A stretch of 16,594 nucleotides of DNA, taken from NCBI GenBank assembly GCA_002269645.1, contig NIVC01005252.1, positions 1 to 16,594 on the forward strand, given 5' to 3'. The notes below the pieces were generated by a model. That model had not been told where the DNA came from and did no database searches. It saw nothing but the letters and a program-made list of their open reading frames with translations. The translations under genes and the position numbers were made by a program. Of the stretch, positions 1 through 9,290 are shown piece after piece; within the stretch, counting starts at the first letter, position 1; the number at the start of each line of letters is the position of its first letter. This DNA is from Macrostomum lignano (lineage: Eukaryota).

Positions 1-877
1 TGAGAATGTCATAGAATTGAATGTCAGAGACTTGAGAATGTCAGAGAATTGATGTCAGAGAATTAATGTTAGAGAATTGAGAATGTCAGAGAATTGATGT
101 CAGAGACTTGAGTTGAGAATGTCAGAGAATTGAGAATGTCAGAGAATTGAGAATGTCAGAGAATTGATTCAGAGACTTGAGAATGTCAGAGAATTGAGAA
201 TGTCAGAGAATGATGTCAGAGAATTGGGTGTCAGAGAATTTATGTCAGAGACTTAAGTTGAGAATGTCAGAGAATTGAGAATGTCAGAGAATTGAGAATC
301 TGAGAATTGAGAATGTCAGAGAATTGATGTCAGAGACTTGAGAATGTCAGAGAATTGAGAATGTCAGAATTGATGTCAGAGACTTGAGTTGAGAATGTCA
401 GAGAATTGAGAATGTCAGAGAATTGAGAATGTCAGAGAATTGATGTCAGATGTCAGAGACTTGATTGAGAATGTCAGTGAATTAGAATGTCAGGGAATTG
501 AGAATGTCGGAGAATCAAAAAATGTCAGAGACTTGAATGTCAGAGAATCTAAATGTCATAAAATTGAATGTCAGAGAATTGAGAATGTCATAGAATTGAA
601 TGTCAGAGAATTAATGTCAGAGAATTGAGAATGTCAGAGAATTGATGTCAGAGACTTGAGTTGAGAATGTCAGAGAATTGAGAATGTCAGAGAATTGATG
701 TCAGAGACTTGAGAATGTCAGAGAATTGAGAATGTCAGAGAATTGATGTCAGAGAATTGGGTGTCAGAGAATTTATGTCAGAGACTTAAGTTGAGAATGT
801 CAGAGAATTGAGAATGTCAGAGAATTGAGAATGTCAGAGAATTGAGAATGTCAGAGAATTGATGTCAGAGACTTGAT
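1..877. repeat. Satellite/minisatellite array, units GAGAATTGAGAATGTCA (17 bp) and GAGAATTGATGTCA (14 bp) plus variants; runs off the window start
   Basis: Direct reading of tandem units; array decays at ~877. ORF 440..628 is a translation artefact of the repeat. Confidence 0.97.
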
Positions 878-1579
878 GTATTTAATGTCTCCGTAAAATT
901 TAAGGTTTCTAGAAGAATTAAAAGCATTGAGACGTCTGATACAAAACTGACTTCACAGACTACCTGTTTAGCTTAACGCATAAGCGCTGAACGCATCTAT
1001 GAAAATTCTAATGTATTTTCTATTTGTTTACTAGTAGCAGTTTATAGTCTAATTTTCATATAGGGCTAAACAGGAAATCCGATGAACAGACAGATATTAC
1101 GGTGTCGCTAAAACTAGAAGCACAAAATAAGCCTAAAATTTCTTTAACGCCTACTAAAAGTAGTAGTAGGCTAGCACAAAGAAGTGTCATCATAATACAT
1201 TAGATTAATTTTTCTAGCAATAACGCACAAAACAGAACACACAAAGCTGGGTGAAAATCAATTATTGATAAAATCCAAACTACTCGTACATACAGGCATG
1301 TCTTGCATAGGCAATATGGGTGCTTAGTTAGCATACAGTTTCATCAATCAACATTATACTAAACACAATAGGATAGCGGGAAATGATCCACCCGCATAGC
1401 AACCGGGTGCTGACTATGGATACAGCAATGTCGAAACAGATTTTGTCTTTACCGAGACCGAGACAAAGGAACACAGGTCCCAAGAATAACTAAATCCAAG
1501 GTGAACTGCCGCAATTTATAGGCTTTAAGATGAATTCTCATGAAAATATATAGGAAGTCTAAATATATAGGAAGTCTAT

Positions 1580-1990
1580 AAACACTGGTTTCTAAGCCGT
1601 ATCCAAGGTAAAACTACCGGTTGTTAAGCCGTATCCAAAGTAAACTACCGGTTTCTAAGCCGTATCCAAAGTAAACTACCGGTTTCTAAGCCGTATCCAA
1701 AGTAAACTACCGGTTGCTAAGCCGTATCTAAGGTAAATAATGCTATGATGGATCCAAGGTGAACTACCGGTTGCTAAGCCGTATCCAAGGTAAACTACCG
1801 GTTGCTAAGCCGTATCCAAGGTAAAAAACCGGTGGCTAAGCCGTATTTAAGGCAAAAAATTGGTTGCTATGATGGATCTGAACTACCGGTTGCTAAGCCG
1901 TATCCAAGGTAAACAACCGGTTGTTAAGCCGTATCAAAGGTAAACTACCGGTTGCCAAGCCGTATCCAAGGTAAACAACCGGTTGTTATG
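1580..1990. repeat. 31-bp minisatellite AAACTACCGGTTGCTAAGCCGTATCCAAGGT, ~12 copies, with degenerate flanks (~1490-2050)
   Basis: Direct reading; two interruptions containing TGCTATGATGGATC. Lies just 3' of the SAMM50 stop codon. Confidence 0.95.
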
Positions 1991-2076
1991 CTATCAAAAT
2001 AAGTATTAGTTTTGAATAACCGGTATTCAATGTAAACAAGGGTTGCTATGATTGGTGCATACAGTTAGACTTGCGG

Positions 2077-2461
2077 TTAAAATGGCGAATCGACGTGAAT
2101 GCCCAAACCAACGCCCGGAGCGAGTTTGTCACCGGCGCAGGCGGCCTGCGGCACTGTGTAATTCAGCTCGAATCGGGCCAGGCCGCCAACAGCCAAGAGG
2201 ATGCCGATGCCGTACGATAGACGAACTTCGTCGCGCGGGAACCGCGGCAATCGCCAGTCGCCAACGGGGGCGCCGCCAGCGTTGGACACGAGGCAGCCGG
2301 CGTTAGCGAAAGCGTGCAGACGGAATAAGTCGAAAAAATTGCCACGCCTAGTGACCAGCGGCAGCGGGCAGTACAGGTGCGCGCCAGCCGTGAAGAACGA
2401 CTCGCCACCAAGGTAGCAACGGCTGGGCACTTCTGGTGCTGCTTGCTGCTGCTGCTCTTCT
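2077..2461 (-). CDS. SAMM50: SAM50 coding exon 4 (C-terminal beta-strands and beta-signal)
   Basis: Acceptor GATTTGCAG|A at 2462/2461 fits the phase-2 intron. Translates ..EEQQQQAAPEVPSRCYLGGESFFTAGAHLYCPLP..FRLHAFANAG..RLSYGIGILLAVGGLARFELNYTVP..GVGLGIHVDSPF*. Confidence 0.92.
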
Positions 2462-2476
2462 CTGCAAATCGAGTGC

Positions 2477-3402
2477 GATAGCCAAACCAAAATCAAATCA
2501 AATCAAAGCATATAACACCCTAATTCAAACACCGGAAGTCAGGGATAGCCAAATCAAAAACACCCTAATTCAAACACCGGAATTCAGGGATAGCCAAATC
2601 AAAAACACCCTAATTCAAACACCGGAAGTTGGGATAGCCAAATCAAAAACACCCTAATTCAAACACCGGAAGTCAGGGATAGCCAAATCAAAAACACCCT
2701 AATTCAAACACCGGAAGTCAGGGATAGCCAAATCAAAAACACCCTAATTCAAACACCGGAATTCAGGGATAGCCAAATCAAAAACACCCTAATTCAAACA
2801 CCGGAAGTTGGGGATAGCCAAATCAAAAACACCCTAATTCAAACACCGGAAGTTAGGGATAGCCAAATCAAAGACATCCTTATTCAAACACCGGAAGTTA
2901 GGGATAGCCAAATCAAAGACATCCTTATTCAAACACCGAAGTCAGTGATAGCCAAAACAAAAACATACCGGAAGTTGGGAATAGCCAAATCAAAAACACC
3001 CTAATCCAAACACCGGAAGTTGGAGATAGCCAAATCAAAAACACCCTAATCCAAACACCGGAAGTCAGGGATAGCCAAATAAAAAACACCCTAATTCAAA
3101 CACCGGAAGTCAGGGATAGCCAAATCAAAAACACCCTAATCCAAACACCGGAAGTCAGGGATAGCCAAATCAAAAACACCCTAATTCAAACACCGGAAGT
3201 CAGGGATAGCCAAATAAAAAACACCCTAATTCAAACCCGGAAGTCAGGGATAGCCAAATCAAAAACACCCTAATTCAAACACCGGAAGTCAGGGATAGCC
3301 AAATCAAAAACACCCTAATTCAAACACCGGAAGTCAGGGATAGCCAAATCAAAAACACCCTAATTCAAACACCGGAAGTCAGGGATAGCCAAATCAAAAA
3401 CA
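2477..3402. repeat. 45-bp minisatellite GATAGCCAAATCAAAAACACCCTAATTCAAACACCGGAAGTCAGG, ~20 copies, filling SAMM50 intron 3 (2462-3465)
   Basis: Period 45 read directly (e.g. TAATT at 2521 and 2566); highly homogeneous. Confidence 0.97.
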
Positions 3403-3465
3403 ATACTGGAACAGTGCTGGCACGAATAGCCAGGTATAGAAGTATAGAAAAAGCGTAGCACGTAC

Positions 3466-3956
3466 CCAGCGGATAGGGCGGCCCTGGGAACGCTGGGCCC
3501 GACGCAGTTAATGTCGAAGCCTCGCAGTCCGCTAGACAATCCGCCGATGGTGAACCGGTCAGCCAGCGGAATGCCTCCGCCATTCATCGGCACGGCGTGT
3601 CCGCAGGCCGCCGTCAAGTGAATTGACGCCGCCGGGAACAGCGGCGCCAAAGGCAGACTGCGCGACAATTTGGCGCCAAGTCGAAGGTGACGAACGTCGC
3701 CGCCAAAGCCGGCAAGCTCACTGGTGAGCCGCATCAAGCCGCCGCTCATTGGCACCGTGGCGCTGTCGCGACTGTCGGCTTCGAGCACGTGTTTGAGGCC
3801 GCACTTGATGGAGTGGCCGCACAGCTCGCGTACAGCCAGCGGCGCCCGGCCGTCCTGGGAGGCCAACAGCTGGCGCCAACTCAGCTCGGCGCGCAGCAGC
3901 TGCTCGGTTGGGCCGAGCGGTAAAGAGAAACTGGCGAAGCAGCTGGAGTGGCTCTC
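3466..3956 (-). CDS. SAMM50: SAM50 coding exon 3
   Basis: Acceptor CTGCAG|GAG at 3957/3956; donor GG|GTACGT at 3466/3465. Translates ESHSSCFASFSLP..GHSIKCGLKH..DSRDSATVP..ELAGFGGDVRHL..DRFTIGGLSSGLRGFDINCVGPS. Confidence 0.92.
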
Positions 3957-4100
3957 CTGCAGTCGGTTCAAGCAATTTGATGTTCTCCTAATATCATCTC
4001 TAGGCAAGTCTACACCGGAACATTGATACTTATAAAGCCTCGGTTTCTAGCGGCTTGGGCAACAAAACCAAGGCAAAATTGTCGATTAATCACAGTATCC

Positions 4101-4642
4101 ACAACGTAGCAACGGCTTAGCAACCACCAAAGCTAAAACATAGCAATGGCTTAGCAACCACCAAAGCTACAACATAGCAACGGCTTAGCAACCACCAAAG
4201 CTAAAACATAGCAACGGCTTAGCAACCACCAAAGCTAAAACATAGCAACGGCTTAGCAACCACCAAAGCTACAACATAGCAACGGCTTAGCAACCACCAA
4301 GCTACAACATAGCAACGGCTTAGCAACCACCAAAGCTACAACATAGCAACGGCTTAGCAACCACCAAAGCTACAACATAGCAACGGCTTAGCAACCACCA
4401 AGCTACAACATAGCAACAGCTTAGCAACACCAAAGCTACAACATAGCAACAGCTTAGCAACACCAAAGCTACAACATAGCAACAGCTTAGCAACACCAAA
4501 GCTACAACATAGCAACGGCTTAGCAACCACCAAAGCTACAACATAGCAACAGCTTAGCAACCACCAAAGCTACAACATAGCAACAGCTTAGCAACCAGCA
4601 AAGCTACAACATAGCAACAGCATGGCAACGATATAGCAACCA
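4101..4642. repeat. 34-bp (33-bp variants) minisatellite CATAGCAACGGCTTAGCAACCACCAAAGCTACAA, ~15 copies, in SAMM50 intron 2 (3957-4726)
   Basis: Period 34 read directly (CAT at 4139 and 4173). ORFs 4320..4526 and 4354..4560 are repeat artefacts. Confidence 0.97.
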
Positions 4643-4726
4643 TTAAGGCAACAGCATACAGCGACTATATTACAGCACATAGTCTATAATACAATTCGCT
4701 AATTTTGCTATGACCAAACAGCTCAC

Positions 4727-5170
4727 CTTGACAGCGGCCCAATTAAAATCAACGCAGCTATTAACCAGTCCGGCGCTAGCCTTAGCAAACGGATACATGG
4801 CCAGCGGCGCGGCCAAAGTTAAAAAATGCGATTTGCTGTCTCTTGTACCAATTTGATAATCGAATATCAACCGTTCGGCGTTGCCAGTCAAATTGCGCAG
4901 ATTGCCATTGAGCACTAGGGACACGGTGCCGTCCATACCTGCCATGGTTCGTACGCCGTATTGCATCTGTTTGCACTCTTGCACTTCGAATACAACTTCA
5001 TAGGCGGCATTGGCTAAGCCGGCTCGTTCGGCTACGGGAGACTTTGCCGTATCTATGGTAACGTCGACGCGAGTGAACACGCCAAGGGCTTGTAGGCGAC
5101 GCTTAGCGGCTTGGATCTCCAGCACTAGCTGGCCCCAGGTGGCCACCCGATCTGATAGGAGACGGCGCAC
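4727..5170 (-). CDS. SAMM50: SAM50 coding exon 2 (POTRA domain and first beta-strands)
   Basis: Acceptor TTGTCCCCAG|GTG at 5171/5170; donor AAG|GTGAGC at 4727/4726; 444 nt, phase 0 at both ends. Translates VRRLLSD..RRLQALGVFTRVDVTID..YEVVFEVQE..NLRNLTGNAERL..DFNWAAVK. Confidence 0.92.
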
Positions 5171-5254
5171 CTGGGGACAATTAAGCAATGGGCTATTATT
5201 AGAGTCCGTGGGATTATGTCAGGACTTGAGGACTTTTTCAGTGGGAGGGCCAAA

Positions 5255-5860
5255 GATTAGCAGTGATTCTCAATCAGAGGGATTATGATTAACAGGGCGA
5301 TTCTCAAGCAGAGGGATTAAGATTAACAGGGCGATTCTCAATCAGAGGGATTATGATTAACAGGGCGATTCTCAATCAGAGGGACTAAGATTAACAGGGC
5401 GATTCTCAATCAGAGGGATTAAGATTAACAGGGCAATTCTCAATCAGAGGGATTAAGATTAACAGGGCGATTCTCATCAGAGGGATTAAGATTAACAGGG
5501 CGATTTTCATCAGAGGGATTAAGATTAACAGGGCGATTCTCAATCAGAGGGATTAAGATTAACAGGGCGATTCTCAATCAGAGGGATTAAGATTAACAGG
5601 GCGATTCTCATCAGAGGGATTAAGATTAACAGGGCGATTTTCATCAGAGGGATTAAGATTAACAGGGTGATTCTCAATCAAAGGGATTATGATTAAGAAG
5701 GCGATCCTTAATGAGAGGGATTAAGATTAAGTGGGCGATTCTCAATCAAATGGATTGTGATTAAGAAGGCGATCCTTAATAAGAGGAATTAAGATTAAGT
5801 GGGCGATTCTCAATCAAAGGGATTGTGATTAAGAAGGCGATCCTTAATAAGAGGGATTAA
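5255..5860. repeat. 34-bp minisatellite GATTAAGATTAACAGGGCGATTCTCAATCAGAGG, ~17-18 copies, in SAMM50 intron 1 (5171-5894)
   Basis: Period 34 read directly (GATTA at 5281 and 5315); right end diverges into an alternating dimer. Confidence 0.97.
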
Positions 5861-5894
5861 ATAGCTCTAAAAGAAACCCATGGCCTCAAGTAAC

Positions 5895-5999
5895 CTGCGA
5901 GTGGACGAGCTGATCGCGGGTTCGACGCAGGCCCTTGACGTGCACGCGCTCAACAAAAGCGTGCATCTCTGGGTCAGGATTTAGCTTGGCTGTTGGCAT
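5895..5999 (-). CDS. SAMM50: SAM50 coding exon 1 (MPTAKLNPDPEMHAFVERVHVKGLRRTRDQLVHSQ); alternative in-frame ATG at 6071 would add 24 aa
   Basis: The VERVHVKGLRRTRD POTRA-start motif is typical of SAM50. Donor CAG|GTTACT at 5895/5894 is in phase with exon 2. ATG 5999 has A at -3 (AACAACATG). A candidate upstream acceptor TTTATTTAG lies at 6091. Confidence 0.8.
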
Positions 6000-6384
6000 G
6001 TTGTTATTGGATTTGAACTGCTCCTCAACACGCTTGTGTATTGCTTTCTGACGCGACCACATGCATAGCATTCAAAACAGGTTGGCAATGCTAAATAAAC
6101 TTGTTAGGCTTTGGCCATACAGTAATTTCAGAATCATTGTGTCCTTTTTAAATTTAGTTAAATAGATGTTCAAATTAAAGAAATCTATCTAAACCAATTT
6201 TGGATCTTATTGGCCACATAGCCTGGGTTTTAGACTATTAAAATTATTTTTTAAGATAAGAACTGATTACTATTATGAATACAATGCATCTTCCTAGTTA
6301 AATTTAAAGCATAGTTAATAAGCATTAAATAAAGATTTAGTATATTTGGATGGATTTTCCTGTATACTAAAAATGGTTTTACTA

Positions 6385-6460
6385 TAGGCCTACTAATATA
6401 GTTTACAAATTCTATGCTACTGTGTAGGCCTACTAATATAGTACAAATTCTATACTACTA
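6385..6460. repeat. Two-copy 40-bp tandem duplication (TAGGCCTACTAATATAGT..ACAAATTCTAT..CTAC)
   Basis: Copies start at 6385 and 6425. Confidence 0.85.
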
Positions 6461-7372
6461 CCTATGGAGCGATTTTATATCATGACATATCAACTTTGGT
6501 ATCTTAAATTTTGTATGTAAGTTTTAAAAAATGATAAAATCAAAATTACATTAAGCCAGGGTTCAAGTCTAAGCTTTTAGCTTAGGGCCTAGTCATATAT
6601 ACTAGAATAACTAGATGGCAATCTAGTTATTCTAGTATTTGTAGGCTAAATATAGTTATTAATAAGGCCTAACTATTTAACCATAGCCATAAAATCGATC
6701 AGTAAAGACTTTATGCAACTTATAGATATAGTACTTAATTAGATTGAGGCATTTAGACTTAATAAGACAGTTAAATACTCTTGCCATTTATCCAAAGTTG
6801 TGTTAATTTTTGTTCTAGCCTAGGGTTTCTTTCATTGATAAATTGCATTTTTTGTAAAAAAAAGTAAGTTGTATAGCCAATATAAATCAAAGAGGTTGAA
6901 CATATATGCAGTTAAACTTAGGCCTAACTAAAAAAATTGATAGGCCTAAATTGGCCTATACTTGCTTAAATAAATATGATTCTAGACCTTAAATAATTAC
7001 CAAAACTTCCTATGCCTTAGTTTTACTTTAGGACTATCATATGATATCTTATACTATGCTAATATTAATGTTTGGGAATTTGGTAAAGGTCCTATCCTAT
7101 GACTTGCCAATATGTATGCAAAAAGCAAATTTGAAGTTTTTTGCAAAAAATACAATAATATTTAATTGATAGGCTTGATAGTTTAAATCACTTATATAAA
7201 ATAATATATATATAAAACAAATATAAATTAAAAAGAAAAAATAACTTTGCAATTCCAATGGACATCTAGGAAGCTTTTGGCTATCCTATAGTTTTGTACA
7301 TTAAATTATTTTTATTGAAAATAATAAGTTTTAACTTTTAAATAACTTTAAGTAAATGACAATAAATAATAA

Positions 7373-7609
7373 GGGGTAACATGGAATCAACTATCTAGTT
7401 TTGTTAGTCTATAATAGATAATAATGTGACATCCAGTAGATAATAAAATAGGCAACGTTCACCTTCCCACTGTATCTTTGGACTGCCCTGCAGCTAAAAG
7501 ACACCTAGTAGAGGAAGTTCTCAAAGGTCTTGTTTTGGGAAAGGGCACCGCCATAGGTATTTTTATAAGTGACTTAAATAGTCAATTTGAAAATAAATTT
7601 ATCCATTAG
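7373..7609 (+). pseudogene. Possible degenerate APE-type endonuclease fragment of a non-LTR retrotransposon
   Basis: Frame from 7448 reads IGNVHLPT..EEVLKGL..AIGIFISDLNSQF*, resembling the 'vnvY.P ... iilGDfN' spacing of LINE APE domains; flanked by in-frame stops. Short and judged by eye only. Confidence 0.3.
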
Positions 7610-7664
7610 ACATCTCTTAGATATACCCTATAGTCAGGAAAGTGGCCTTTGCCATGGAAAATTC

Positions 7665-8085
7665 TGGCGCATACAAGAGGTCCTTGGCGCACTTGGCGCA
7701 CAATCATGGTGCACACTGAGGTCCCTGGTGCATGCGGCACACAATCATGGCGCACACTGAGGTCCCTAGCGCATGCGGCGCATAATTGCAGTGCATAAAG
7801 TCTCTGACATATGCAATGCTAGGCCTATGCACAACTTTGGTGCATAAGGAATCAGAATAGAATCTTTATTAGCATAAAACTGGTATGAATGAATTCTAAG
7901 AATTTTGTAAATTTGTCATAAAATACATAATCTATATAAAATACATAAATTATGTTAATTTATATAAATTACATAAAATAAGGGCACAGACATGGCACAT
8001 AGACGGCGCACAAATGGCGCATAGATGGTGCATAGACAGCACATAGATGGTCCCAAAAAATTTATTCTGGCGCACACTGTGCCAC
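7665..8085. repeat. Two patches (7665-7835, 7980-8085) of degenerate GGCGCA / GGTGCA / GGCACA repeats, including a 41-bp two-copy duplication at 7701 and 7742
   Basis: Direct reading; the patches are separated by an AT-rich spacer. Confidence 0.8.
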
Positions 8086-9290
8086 CTTCCTAACTATGGG
8101 ATATACCATGTATCTAGCAAAATTTGGCCTTCATGTGAGCCCATGTGCCCTGCCCTTGATGGTGATAGTATGGACAAATGGGTCCACTAGGTTCACAAAG
8201 TTCAGTTGATGATTGACAATGGCATGATTATAATAAATGCATTTAATAAACAAAAGTAGACACTTGATAATATGTTATATTTGTTCTCTATTTTCTATGC
8301 TGTCACTTACTAAGCTTAAAGCCACTTAAAAGTTATTATTTTCAGCAAAAATAAATTAGCTAACATGTGAAACTACAGGATAGGCCTGCCTTAGGCATAG
8401 GCCTAGGCCTAGCTAACAAGCCAAGCCTATGACATTCACTAACATAACTATCAAGCCAGGGCACATGCTTTTGTTTTTGTATTTTAAAAATTAAACAAAA
8501 TGATAAGTTCTTGCATGAAAATCATTATAAAATTTATTTTCTATTTCTTAGCAAACTTTTTGTAGGCTGTTAGTGTTAGTTTCATAAATAAACTTAACTC
8601 TTTTGGGCAAAATGATCCTGGTGCTTATTTGTTAATAGGTAAAATGCATTAAAACACTGAAAATTGAAGCTAGGACCTATGCCCTGGACCTGCAAGAAAA
8701 TTTATTAACTTTTTATTAATTGGCCAAATTCCAAAACCAAAAGTAATGAAAATGTTATAAGATCTATCAAAAGTATTTGAAACTATTTCTAGGAAATTTG
8801 GGCTACTGTAGCACTGTGATTTTAAAAAATTAAAGCTACCTAGTCCCTATTAGTTTTAAGTGATTAGCAAGATCTAAAGAGGCTAAGGCTAAGGGACCTA
8901 ATGAATGAGCCTAATTGGTTTAACTTGCCCTAGCTCCGTCGATCGAACGAACACGATACGCTTAGATTATAAAAATTTATAAAAAACGCGTTTTCACTTT
9001 TTTAGTGCTTAAACAAATTAATTAGCTGGTGTTTGGAGGGTTAAAAATGTTAGTCGAAACCGAAGTTAAATTCAGCCTTTCCATCCATTTTTTGTTTTGC
9101 ATAGCAAATAATTTTTATGTAGAAGTAGAATGGAATCGTAGTAGTCTACTATAAGTAGAGAGAGTATCAATCAATCGTAGTTCCGCGAATGAAAAATACA
9201 TTTTTACAATATGTGATGTGTTCGAGTTTGGCTCGTCTGTAGAGAAATACGAAAATACACTAGAATCTGCCGACGAGCTCCAGAAAGGGC

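Larger units (their letters stand above)
2077..5999 (-). other. SAMM50: Gene span of SAM50 (sorting and assembly machinery component 50; Omp85/BamA family), 4 coding exons, ~474 aa
   Basis: Exons join in frame through GT-AG introns (phases 0, 0, 2). The product shows the POTRA domain (VERVHVKGLRRTRD ... LQALGVFTRVDVTID), barrel motifs (NLRNLTGNAE, DSRDSATVPMSGGLMRLTSELAGFGGD, DRFTIGG..LRGF, YLGGE, ARFELNY) and a C-terminal beta-signal ending in Phe. Confidence 0.93.
6100..8930. other. AT-rich, CpG-depleted, TpA-rich non-coding domain (probably decayed repeats; upstream region or 5'-UTR intron of SAMM50)
   Basis: Very few CG dinucleotides outside the GGCGCA patches; no ORF of 60 aa or more in the track; abrupt return of CpG at ~8937. 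Confidence 0.75.

Noticed and set aside
440-628. ORFs with periodic peptides: 440..628, 2436..2657, 4320..4526, 4354..4560, 15244..15426, 16342..16557
   Set aside because: They are translations of non-coding tandem arrays (several inside SAMM50 introns), with frameshifting indels between units.
1401-1455. Hammerhead-like words CTGACTA ... CGAAAC ... GTC
   Set aside because: Core G8 is T, extra bases precede stem II, and stem I cannot pair; not a plausible active ribozyme.
2413-2424. GTAGCAACGGCT in exon 4 is identical to the first unit of the intron-2 array (4106-4117), suggesting an exon-derived seed
   Set aside because: An 11-12-mer match to one of several array units in a 16-kb window is within chance expectation.
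2477-3402. CRISPR-like or telomere-like appearance (regular repeats; CCCTAA once per unit)
   Set aside because: No unique spacers, eukaryotic intron context, and a single hexamer per unit is not an interstitial telomere.
2052-5288. Overlapping or antisense ORFs on SAMM50 exons (2052..2306, 2163..2411, 2201..2416, 3365..3583, 3687..3923, 3718..3975, 3724..4026, 4782..4976, 5010..5288)
   Set aside because: Shadow frames of GC-rich coding exons with no independent motifs.
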